A DNA stretch of 64,000 nt from Candidatus Helarchaeota archaeon (GCA_019058315.1 JAHPZH010000001.1:279436-343435), one strand, 5' to 3'; positions 30,989 to 40,284 are shown, counted from the first letter of the stretch. Notes: a model not told the origin generated them from the letters alone. A program made the numbers and translations.

Positions 30989-31639
30989 TTGGTGAATCCC
31001 TTGAGCATTGATGAAGAAATAAGTCAAAAAATTCAAAAAAACATAGAAATCATTAAAAAATATATGCTTGAAGAAATAAAATTAGCACTGAAACACTCTG
31101 GGGAGTATATTAGGAAGAATATGCCAACTTATGAAGCTGCTTATCAATTATTGGTTGGTCCAGATGAAGAAGAACGTTCTATACATCAAATTAATTTAAT
31201 ATTAGAATGTGCTGCTAAATTAAAATCCGATCAGTCGAATATTGAAGAATTAATTGAAGAGACTTTTAAAAAATATTTAAGAAATGATAATCTAGGTTAT
31301 AACATGCGTAAAAAGCATAGAAAAACAGCAGAGGCTTCCGAACTTATTAAAGAGATGTTTAAAAATCATGTTATTAGTTTCTCTAAACTTCTCAGAGGAG
31401 ATGGCGAAACTTATGATGATCTTTCTAGAACGGTAAGTCCAACTTATGAAGAAGCAATTGAGTATGTTAATAAAGAGATTGAAATATCTAAGAAGATTTC
31501 AGACTTGATTCGTAATGATAGAGGGATAATAAATGCACCTGGTTATTTTCGTTATGATATAATGTTAGCAATTTTAGATATAGCTGAGTATGGAAATAAT
31601 AGATTGATAGAAGAAACAAAAAGAATTTATAATAAATAG
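30989..31639 (+). CDS. Hypothetical alpha-helical protein
   Basis: 216-aa ORF in a co-oriented gene run. Confidence 0.65.
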   Translation: MVNPLSIDEEISQKIQKNIEIIKKYMLEEIKLALKHSGEYIRKNMPTYEAAYQLLVGPDEEERSIHQINLILECAAKLKSDQSNIEELIEETFKKYLRNDNLGYNMRKKHRKTAEASELIKEMFKNHVISFSKLLRGDGETYDDLSRTVSPTYEEAIEYVNKEIEISKKISDLIRNDRGIINAPGYFRYDIMLAILDIAEYGNNRLIEETKRIYNK

Positions 31640-31655
31640 AAAATCAGGATTTGAA

Positions 31656-32150
31656 TTGACCAGATTATCTAGCCTTGAAATAAATTGTGATTGTGGACAT
31701 AGGTTTAAAGTTGTATATTATGCTAGCATAAATACTTTTATTGATCCTGATTTCGACACTAGTATAATTAAAGAATTCATTGATGGTACACTTCATGATT
31801 TTAAATGCGAAAATTGTGGCAAAATTCATCATATTAACATGAAAGTTCTAATTAATTGCCCAAAGGGAATGTTCTGGGTTTCTACAACAGAATCGCCAGA
31901 AAACATCAAGAACATATTAACAAATTATGGTGTTCTAAATAAAGATGGAAATGTTGTAGATGGATTTGCTGAAAGACTAGAATCTTGGCTTAAAAAATCT
32001 CCCGAAGAAAGAAAAAAAGAAGCAGAGGATGCAGATGAAAAAATCAAAAACTTAAGAAAAGAATTTTTTGATGGATTAAAAAAAGCATTGGAAAATTCAT
32101 CTGATGAAGAAGAGCAGATGAATAATAAAGAAAATAATGAAGTGAATTAA
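31656..32150 (+). CDS. CpXC-type zinc-ribbon protein
   Basis: CDCGHRF..SIN..GTLHDFKCENCG; charged helical tail. Confidence 0.75.
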   Translation: MTRLSSLEINCDCGHRFKVVYYASINTFIDPDFDTSIIKEFIDGTLHDFKCENCGKIHHINMKVLINCPKGMFWVSTTESPENIKNILTNYGVLNKDGNVVDGFAERLESWLKKSPEERKKEAEDADEKIKNLRKEFFDGLKKALENSSDEEEQMNNKENNEVN

Positions 32151-32197
32151 TAAATAAAATTACTTTATGATCTTGAATATCATGTGGAGGGTTTTAA

Positions 32198-32656
32198 ATG
32201 GTTATTATAAGAAACGCGAAATTTCCAGAAGATTTAATGGAAATTTATGAAATTGAGCAAAATGCATTTGAAAATGATGGTTATTCTATTTATTTTATAA
32301 CTCAAGCTTTAGAATTTTTATCAAATTCGATTTTTGTTGCTGAAGAAAATAATAAGTTAGTTGGTTATATTTTAGGCGCATTAGATCAAAAAGATGGCAA
32401 TCTTGGCTGGTTTTTGAATATTGCTGTTATGAAGGGAAACCAAGGTAAAGGTATTGGATATAAATTACTCGAAAAACTTATGGATTTTTTTAAAGAATCA
32501 AAATGCAAAGAAGTGCATCTCACAGTTGCCCCAAATTATTCACCCGGAATACATTTATATGAAAAATTTGACTTTAAAAAAACCAAAATAATAAAAAATT
32601 ATTTTGGCAAAGGGCAAGATCGGCTTTTAATGATTAGGGATTTAAGTACTGTTTAA
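32198..32656 (+). CDS. GNAT N-acetyltransferase (RimI-like)
   Basis: NIAV..NQGKGIGYKL, LTV..N..GIHLYEKFDF, KNYF; ggagg SD. Confidence 0.9.
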   Translation: MVIIRNAKFPEDLMEIYEIEQNAFENDGYSIYFITQALEFLSNSIFVAEENNKLVGYILGALDQKDGNLGWFLNIAVMKGNQGKGIGYKLLEKLMDFFKESKCKEVHLTVAPNYSPGIHLYEKFDFKKTKIIKNYFGKGQDRLLMIRDLSTV

Positions 32657-32694
32657 ATTGGATAATTTGACTGTTAAGAAAAGAGGTTGTTTAA

Positions 32695-35439
32695 ATGGAA
32701 GAAAAAGAGACTAAATTTAATGAATATCTTATTTTATTAGATGATAAGAAGAAAGATTATACTAGAATTTACGACTTAATAAGAGGTTGGGAAGAAACTG
32801 TATGGACTGGGTTAACTTTAGGCAGGTTTGATATTGTTGCAAAAATAAATTTGCCTGTATCAATTAATATTACGGATTTCCTATATGATGAAATTCATGC
32901 TCTTTTCCCTGAATCTGATATCTATTTAAAAATTTTTAAAATTACAGACGAAGTGTTCAGACAAGATAAGAGCAAGATTGGGAATTATAACATAATAGGA
33001 ACTACTCTTATACATCTAATTTTTGATAAAGTTGAAAAAAATGAAAAATTAATAAATTTCAAAAAGAGATTATTTAAACAACAAGTCAAAGATATCCCAA
33101 AAATAATTGAATTCGTTGAAATTAATGAACAAATATTGACTCCCAAACAAGATATGGGTAAATATATTCCAGAATTATTAAAATTATCTGATTTTAACCT
33201 TATAGATGATTTAACTCCAATTGATGAATTTTCTGCGGACACAAATCAAATATATCAAAGCTTTAATTTTGCATATCTTTTCAATGTAAATGAAATCGAA
33301 GAAGTAAATGAGATAATTAAGTCCTTAAGCAGATTAACTGAAGAGTTTAACATTGAAATGGCCGATACGGAGAGTATGATTTGGTCCAAAGAATGGTTAC
33401 AAGAGATCGAGTTTGAGAAATATTCAGCATTTGGGAATCATTTTGTTATAATAGATGAACGTTCAAAATGGCCTTTAATTCCAGAAGGAATGAAATCCTT
33501 TTTTGCTGTTCATGCAAATGACTTTTACTTTGGTGTAGGTAGCAATGATATATTATTCATACAACCACCCGAACTAGAATTAATTGCATATTTGGTTACT
33601 AGAAATAAGATTAGAGATTATCTGGTCTCAAATGTTAATAATTTTTGGCAGAATAATTTAAAAATTAACTTTCTTGCCACATTAGAAAGTAATTTTAAAA
33701 TTGCACTATATAATACTCCATTACTGAGTCTAATTGTAAATTTACTAACAATGAAGCCAAAAAAAGATATTGATATTGAAGATAGTTCTCAATATCTAAT
33801 TAGAAGCTCTAAAATTTATGGCGTTATAATCGAAGTTTTACAAAATATTCTACAAGATATCCTATTAAATTATAAACGTAATTTAAAGATATCTGCAGAG
33901 AAATATAAACATTTAGAGAAGCTAACTCCGAACGAGATTTTTCCCATCAATAGATACAAAGAATTTATTGAAATTTTAAAAAATAAGTTTAAAGAGGTGC
34001 TAAGAACCGTAAAGATGAATGATGTGGATGTAATTATGAGGATTATCGAAAGGGATGGTTCTGAAGCAGATATGTGTGGAAATGGAATAAGATGTGTAGC
34101 TGATTATCTCTTTAAAAATCCTATCCAAACTCTTGATGGGCAATTAAAACCATCTGAAAAACTTATTGTCCTTACAGAAACAGTTAATGACGATTTTATT
34201 CCAAGAGAGATAAGGAAGAGTGTAAAAGGAGAATACATTGTCAATATGAATGAATTGAAACCTGTAAATAGTATTTATTATACGGTAGTGAATAAAGGAA
34301 CCCATTTAAAATATCTCGATAAAGATTCCCCTATTTTTTTAATACGTATTCCTGTAATTAAGAAATATAATCCTAAAGCTTCTAAAAATTATTCGTTAAA
34401 CTATCCGATAATTGAATGGCATTGTAGAACTACAGATTCTGAAGATGAAGATTATGGTATATATGGTCTATATTTGGCTTTTGGAGAACCACATTTAGTA
34501 TTTTTCTCTGATGAAATAATAGAAGGTAAAAAATCATCTAATATCAATAAAATTTTAAATTATTTATGGAATATGGGACCTCTTGTCAAATCGACCGTGG
34601 AAAATATCGATACAGATTCAAAACAAGTAGAGGAAAAAAGTGATAAAATAGACTTTTTAGCACTTCCAAGCATAGAAACAAGCGCTGAGGATGTAATGTC
34701 CTTAATTTATGCACTTGGAGATTGGGGGAATATATCTTCTGAGAAATTTGGTGAGGTTTTTACTGTTAAAAGTAAAAATATCCAGCCTGGAATGACTTTC
34801 TCAAGAAATGTTGCCATTAAACAAGAAGAAGGAAAAATAATTTATGATATGATTGATCGAGCAGGTGTTAATGTTAATTTAATTACCTTAAGAAGTATCA
34901 GAAAACCAAAACCCGAAACATCTGCCCAATATTATTATGAATTGAATCAATTAGTATACGAACGTGGGATGGGAGCCTCTCCAATAACTCTGGCATGTGG
35001 GACAGGAATGACATCATCTGCTGTTGCTCTATATGAATTATTTAAAAAAATGGCTGAAATGTTCAACTCCTCTGATTTACCTGAAGAAATAAAAGAATTA
35101 ATAAAAAATTTCAATCTAGAGGTCGTTAAACCAGGATATGGCATTAACGATAATGATTCTGTAACATTTCCAGTCATCCCTTTGGGTTCAAAATATAATT
35201 TTTCTGAAGATGTTACTAATTTACCAACGGCAAGTTTCGGTAGAGTATTTTCTTCATATATTAATGAAATCTGTATGAGATCCACGCTGGGGGCTAAACA
35301 ACCCTACCATAATGTAGATTTTGGAGAATTTGGTAGAGTAAATATTGAAGTAACTGAAAAAAAAGATTTGGTTGAAGCAAAAATGATAGGTATAGCATCC
35401 CATGTTTATCGGGGGCGATTGATAAGATCTTCGTTATAG
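32695..35439 (+). CDS. Giant DapF-family (two-cysteine) epimerase/racemase with N-terminal Lrp/AsnC RAM-like domains and large insertions
   Basis: FEKYSAFGNHFVIID, GVGSNDILFI, MRIIERDGSEADMCGNGIRCVA, GEPHLVFF, GVNVN, YERG..TLACGTG, MIGIASHVYRG; N-terminal LGRFDIVAKI RAM-like motif. Confidence 0.8.
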   Translation: MEEKETKFNEYLILLDDKKKDYTRIYDLIRGWEETVWTGLTLGRFDIVAKINLPVSINITDFLYDEIHALFPESDIYLKIFKITDEVFRQDKSKIGNYNIIGTTLIHLIFDKVEKNEKLINFKKRLFKQQVKDIPKIIEFVEINEQILTPKQDMGKYIPELLKLSDFNLIDDLTPIDEFSADTNQIYQSFNFAYLFNVNEIEEVNEIIKSLSRLTEEFNIEMADTESMIWSKEWLQEIEFEKYSAFGNHFVIIDERSKWPLIPEGMKSFFAVHANDFYFGVGSNDILFIQPPELELIAYLVTRNKIRDYLVSNVNNFWQNNLKINFLATLESNFKIALYNTPLLSLIVNLLTMKPKKDIDIEDSSQYLIRSSKIYGVIIEVLQNILQDILLNYKRNLKISAEKYKHLEKLTPNEIFPINRYKEFIEILKNKFKEVLRTVKMNDVDVIMRIIERDGSEADMCGNGIRCVADYLFKNPIQTLDGQLKPSEKLIVLTETVNDDFIPREIRKSVKGEYIVNMNELKPVNSIYYTVVNKGTHLKYLDKDSPIFLIRIPVIKKYNPKASKNYSLNYPIIEWHCRTTDSEDEDYGIYGLYLAFGEPHLVFFSDEIIEGKKSSNINKILNYLWNMGPLVKSTVENIDTDSKQVEEKSDKIDFLALPSIETSAEDVMSLIYALGDWGNISSEKFGEVFTVKSKNIQPGMTFSRNVAIKQEEGKIIYDMIDRAGVNVNLITLRSIRKPKPETSAQYYYELNQLVYERGMGASPITLACGTGMTSSAVALYELFKKMAEMFNSSDLPEEIKELIKNFNLEVVKPGYGINDNDSVTFPVIPLGSKYNFSEDVTNLPTASFGRVFSSYINEICMRSTLGAKQPYHNVDFGEFGRVNIEVTEKKDLVEAKMIGIASHVYRGRLIRSSL

Positions 35440-37125
35440 TTGGTGGGTATGATGATATTTAGAAAGAATTTATATGTAGCAGCAATGGGTGCCGTCGGTT
35501 CTGGAAAAAGTTCGTTTTTGGGTCAGTACTTCATTAAATCGAAGGCGATCGACGATTACGAATTAAATTATTTAGAGGATATTGTCAGAAAGGAGTACAA
35601 AGATGAAGCGGAAATAAAGAAGAACTTATTATTAGAGATATTTAGATCGCAAGAGATTGATCCAATAAAAAGGCAAAAAAAACGAAAATATGAAATTTCA
35701 AGCTTAGATTCAAAAATATCTGCATATACTATGGATATATCCTCATTAAGAGCACAACTATCCTATATCAATCATGAAATTGAAAATAAAAAAGATAGAA
35801 TTTTATCTTCTGATAAACAAGAATTAGACTCTATTATAACAAAGCTTCAGAATGATTTAAAGGTAAAATCTGGAAAATTGAACACTTTAAAGGATATTCA
35901 AGATAAACAATCCATAATTGTTAGTTATAGAAAAGATATTACCGAAGCTGCAGATTTACCAATGAGAATCTGGAAAGATGTTATTTTTATTGATGTACTT
36001 GGAACTTCACAACACCTTAAAAGTCTAATAAATGAGTCCACATTTTTAGATATAGCAATTATTGTTATAGATATTACAAATTTTCAAAATCAATTAGATT
36101 TACAAACATCAGGAGAAATTTTGCAAAATGGAATTATTGCAAAGATTTTTGGAGCGAAAAAAATTATATTAGTAATTAATAAGCTTGATAAAGTTGATTA
36201 TTCAGAAAAAAAATATCTTGAATGTAAAAAAGATGTCCAATTTAGGTTATCAGAATATTGTGGGATTAGCAAAGATCAACTAATAGCTATTCCAATTAAT
36301 TCTCTTGATGGTGAAAATATTATTCAAAAAAGCGATAAACTAAGTTGGTATTATGAAAAAGACGAATATCCATTAAATTTTCATGAAGTTTTAGAAGTCG
36401 AATTGCAAGAATTACGTAAATTAAAAGAGATAAACACATCTAAATTAAAAGATGAGGATTCTTTGATATTTTATGTGAATGATATATCTAAGGATGAATT
36501 AGGCGTAATTGGATATTTACAATATGGAACAATTACTCGTGAAAAAGATTATGTAACATTCCTTCCACCAATATCAGAAGAAGAATCTTATAAATTCTTA
36601 ATAGACAAAATTTTAACTTACCAAGGAGAAAATATATTAAATTTTACTCCAACAGATTCAATCGTTGCCGAAAAATATCCTGTTAAATTGTTATTGGGAA
36701 GTATTCAAAAAGAATACCTCTCGGAAATTAAAAAGGGAATGATTATTACAAAATATCATTCTGATGGAAAATATCCTAATTTAACATGGGCTAATAAGTT
36801 TATTGGGACACTTTATATAATATATCATCCCACTCCTATCGGGATGAGAACAACTTCTAATTTAATACATCATACATTTAATACAACATGTTTCTTCCAC
36901 CAATTCATGACAAGTAAAAATAATATTATTCAAAATGTAGGTACTAATGAATCTGTTAAATTTTGGTTGGAAACACAAAATACAATCCCACTATTAAAAA
37001 CAAAAAATATCAAAGGAAAGGATAATTTTGGGCACTTTATCCTTTATGAAGGTCAAAGAGCAATGGGTGTAGGAATATTCGAAGAAATAATTGGTAATTG
37101 GGATTTCGAACCTCTCAATTGGTAA
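35440..37125 (+). CDS. Divergent EF-1alpha-like translational GTPase (probable start ATG 35449 or 35452)
   Basis: GAVGSGKS, YTMDIS, DVLGT, NKLD, PINSLDGENI; domain III FIGTLYIIYHPTPI..HTFNTTCFF and FGHFILYEGQRAMGVG. Confidence 0.82.
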   Translation: MVGMMIFRKNLYVAAMGAVGSGKSSFLGQYFIKSKAIDDYELNYLEDIVRKEYKDEAEIKKNLLLEIFRSQEIDPIKRQKKRKYEISSLDSKISAYTMDISSLRAQLSYINHEIENKKDRILSSDKQELDSIITKLQNDLKVKSGKLNTLKDIQDKQSIIVSYRKDITEAADLPMRIWKDVIFIDVLGTSQHLKSLINESTFLDIAIIVIDITNFQNQLDLQTSGEILQNGIIAKIFGAKKIILVINKLDKVDYSEKKYLECKKDVQFRLSEYCGISKDQLIAIPINSLDGENIIQKSDKLSWYYEKDEYPLNFHEVLEVELQELRKLKEINTSKLKDEDSLIFYVNDISKDELGVIGYLQYGTITREKDYVTFLPPISEEESYKFLIDKILTYQGENILNFTPTDSIVAEKYPVKLLLGSIQKEYLSEIKKGMIITKYHSDGKYPNLTWANKFIGTLYIIYHPTPIGMRTTSNLIHHTFNTTCFFHQFMTSKNNIIQNVGTNESVKFWLETQNTIPLLKTKNIKGKDNFGHFILYEGQRAMGVGIFEEIIGNWDFEPLNW

Positions 37126-37137
37126 ATATTTATTTAA

Positions 37138-40100
37138 TTATTTCTTAATATATTGGATTACTGCATCTAATCCTTTTTCATAAATATCTTTATCTTCTTC
37201 TAATAACGGATTATTTTCAAGTTCTAATATTCGTAATTCAGAAATATTCTTCAATCCCTCTATTTTATTAATCTGATTATTAGAAAGCTTTAACTCTATT
37301 AAATTTAAAAGCGTTTCTAAACCTTCTATCTTTCTAATATTATTCCCTAAAAGATTTAATATCTGTAATTGTGCGAGTTTCTGAAGCCCCTCAATTTTAG
37401 ATATTTGATTATTATCAAGGGATAATGATACTAATTGAGAGAGATTATCTAACTTTTCTATTTTTGAAATCTTATTTTGATTCAAATTTAGATTTTCTAA
37501 ATATAAAAGCGTTTCTAAACCTTCTATCTTTTGAATTTTATTATTATATAAAAATAAATCTCTTAAATCCATGAGTTCTTCTAAATTCTCTATTTTTATA
37601 ATTTCATTATCATTAAGGCATAATACTTGCAATATGGAGGAGCAACCTTTTAATCCCTCAATCTTCTTTATCTTATTCGTCTCAAGATTTAATATTAATA
37701 ATTGAGAAAGGATTTCTAAGTTTTCTATTAGCATAATTTGATTAGCCTTCAGATCTAATTGATTTAATTGAGAAAGATTATCCAATCCTTCTATCTTTGA
37801 AATTTTATTATTCGATAAGATTAATTCATTTAATTCAGTTAACTTTTCCAAATTTTCTAATTTTTCTATAAAATTTACTGAAATGTCTAAATGTTTTAAC
37901 TTTAAAAGAGTATCCAAGTTCTCTATCTTTCTAATATTATTTCCCGAAAGATATAATACCTCTAATTGTATGAGTTTCTGAAGCCCCTGAATTTTAGATA
38001 TTTGATTATTACTAAGGGATAATGATATTAATTGAAAGAGATTATCTAAATTTTCTATTTTTTTTATCATATTTTGTTCCAAATATAGCAATTCTAAGTT
38101 TAAAAGAGTTTCTAAACCTTCTATCTTTTGAATTTTATTATTCTCTAAATATATATCTATTAAATTTATAAGCTCCTCTAAATTCTCTATTTTTAAAATT
38201 AGATTTTCACTAATGGATAATACTTTCAATCTGTAGAGTCCTTTTAATCCCTCAATCTTCTTTATCTTATTCTTATCAAGATCTAATATTTGTAAATGAG
38301 AAAGGTTTTCTAAGTTCTCTATCAACACAATCTGATTATCCTTAAGAACTAATCTCCATAATTGAGAAAGATTATCCAATCCTTCAATCTTTGAAATTTT
38401 ATTGTTCGATATAAGTAATTCATTTAATTCTGATAGCTTTTCCAGATTTTCTAATTTTTCTATAAAATTCAGTGAAATGTTTAAACCTTTTAACTTTGAA
38501 AGATTATCCAAGTTTTCTAGTTTTCTGATATTATTATGGTCAAGATATAATCGCTTTAATTGTGAAAGTCCCTCTAATCCCTCTATCTTTGTGATTTGAT
38601 TGTATGATAAAACTAATTCCTTTAATTGTGAGAGTCTTTCTAACCCTTCAATTCTTATGATTTCATTCCTAGAAAGACCTAATGATCTCAATTGTAATAA
38701 TTTCTCTAATCCCTCAATTTTCGTGATCTTGTTATTACTCAAATATAATTTATGTAATTGTGAAAGGTCCTCTAATCCTTGTATTTTCTTAATCTTATTA
38801 TTAGATAGATGTAATACCTTTAATTGTGAAAGCTTCTCTAATCCCTCTATTTCAATAATTTGATTGTTAAAAAGATATAAATTTTGTAATTTGAAGTTAT
38901 TCTCTAACTCCTCAATTTTTGTAATCTTGTTTTTACGTAAAAATAAATCTTTTAAATTATAAAGCTTCTCTAATCCTTCAATCTTCTCGATCCTATTGTT
39001 ATCAAGATCTAATATTTGTAAATGAGAAAGGTTTTCTAATCCCTCAATCTTATTCAATTTATTCCCCATTAGTTCTAATATTTTTAATTGATTGAGGTTC
39101 TCTAACCCCTCTATTTTCTTAATCTTGTTTTGAGAAAGATACAATTCTTGTAATTGCGTAAGTTTCTCTAATCCTTCAATTTCACTTATATTATTCGCTC
39201 TAATATCTAATATTTGTAATTGTGAGAGCCCTTCTAATCCCTCTATCTTTGAAATTTTATTAAAAGTAAGAGTGATTTTATTTAATTTTGAAAGTCCATT
39301 TAATCCTCTAATTTTCGTAATTTGGTTACCAGAAAGGTCTAATTCCCGTAAATGAGATAAATTACTTATAAAACTTGGAATTTTTTTTAATTTATTATTA
39401 AATATACCAAGAAATATTATATTTCCATCTTTAACTTTAACATCAACAAAATAAAGGTCAAAACCTTTTAAAACCTGGAAATGGGAATTTATTGAAACAT
39501 TTTCTCCCAACTTTACCAGAGCTGCGACTGCAGGGAATCTCACATCTTCATCTTCTTCAATTTCAAGTATTTTCAATAAGTATTTTTGAACAATTATGTT
39601 ATCAATGAAATCAGAATACCATTTTTCTGTCTGAAAATCCAGTAATGCTTTTATTTGAAAATAGATCTGTGGATTAAACTCATCTTCATTATTTTTTTCA
39701 ATAAGGCGGAGTATAATTGCTTTAATCTCTTCTAGGCGATATTCTAATATCTTTTCTGATGCAATACCCGCAGAAATTATATTATTTAATGCTTGATATA
39801 CAATATTATAATCAAAACTCATAAATGTAGGGGTTTGTTCTGTAAAAAAATGGTCTAAATTTTGAATTGTTGCTAATAATTCGTCTTTAGGTGATAATTT
39901 CATACGTTCAGTATTCTGAGGTTCTAATTCAGGGTTATATTCTACAACAATCTTATAACAGGTAATTTTTTTCAGAATCCTTTCTATATTATCTTTTTTT
40001 ACATAAAGTCTGAGCTCAAATTGGGGGTTACAAATTAAAGCAAATCTCGCTTCTAACTCTTCATCTTCCCAAAATGCAGGAGATAAAATATATAAGTCTC

Positions 40101-40284
40101 TTTTTATTTTTGAAATTCTCCATCTTGTATCTGTCCAGTATTTAAAAATTATTGGTTCATCTAAGTCCTCATCATAATATTCAAATTCCCCTAATTTTGT
40201 TAAATTATCCTGAAATACTGGATCTTCTATAAACTTTTCAAACCAGGTCGTCTGATCCTTTTCTTTTGACATAATTGGTTTCAT
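37138..40284 (-). CDS. Large SDS22-like leucine-rich repeat protein (about 33 LRRs) with unknown N-terminal domain
   Basis: 22-aa repeats L..L.L..N.I.KIEGLE.L; cap LENNPL..IYEKGLDAVIQYI. Confidence 0.93.
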   Translation of the reverse strand: MKPIMSKEKDQTTWFEKFIEDPVFQDNLTKLGEFEYYDEDLDEPIIFKYWTDTRWRISKIKRDLYILSPAFWEDEELEARFALICNPQFELRLYVKKDNIERILKKITCYKIVVEYNPELEPQNTERMKLSPKDELLATIQNLDHFFTEQTPTFMSFDYNIVYQALNNIISAGIASEKILEYRLEEIKAIILRLIEKNNEDEFNPQIYFQIKALLDFQTEKWYSDFIDNIIVQKYLLKILEIEEDEDVRFPAVAALVKLGENVSINSHFQVLKGFDLYFVDVKVKDGNIIFLGIFNNKLKKIPSFISNLSHLRELDLSGNQITKIRGLNGLSKLNKITLTFNKISKIEGLEGLSQLQILDIRANNISEIEGLEKLTQLQELYLSQNKIKKIEGLENLNQLKILELMGNKLNKIEGLENLSHLQILDLDNNRIEKIEGLEKLYNLKDLFLRKNKITKIEELENNFKLQNLYLFNNQIIEIEGLEKLSQLKVLHLSNNKIKKIQGLEDLSQLHKLYLSNNKITKIEGLEKLLQLRSLGLSRNEIIRIEGLERLSQLKELVLSYNQITKIEGLEGLSQLKRLYLDHNNIRKLENLDNLSKLKGLNISLNFIEKLENLEKLSELNELLISNNKISKIEGLDNLSQLWRLVLKDNQIVLIENLENLSHLQILDLDKNKIKKIEGLKGLYRLKVLSISENLILKIENLEELINLIDIYLENNKIQKIEGLETLLNLELLYLEQNMIKKIENLDNLFQLISLSLSNNQISKIQGLQKLIQLEVLYLSGNNIRKIENLDTLLKLKHLDISVNFIEKLENLEKLTELNELILSNNKISKIEGLDNLSQLNQLDLKANQIMLIENLEILSQLLILNLETNKIKKIEGLKGCSSILQVLCLNDNEIIKIENLEELMDLRDLFLYNNKIQKIEGLETLLYLENLNLNQNKISKIEKLDNLSQLVSLSLDNNQISKIEGLQKLAQLQILNLLGNNIRKIEGLETLLNLIELKLSNNQINKIEGLKNISELRILELENNPLLEEDKDIYEKGLDAVIQYIKK
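37320..38550. repeat. Higher-order tandem duplication of a nine-LRR cassette (594-597 bp period)
   Basis: NFIEKLENLEKL.ELNEL..SNNKISKIEGLDNLSQL and NNKIQKIEGLETLL each recur about 198 aa apart with matching DNA. Confidence 0.85.

Noticed and set aside
35440-37125. Calling the GTPase SelB, CysN or the housekeeping EF-1alpha
   Set aside because: No SelB domain IV, no adjacent cysD or APS kinase, and G1/G2/G3 are too degenerate for the housekeeping factor.
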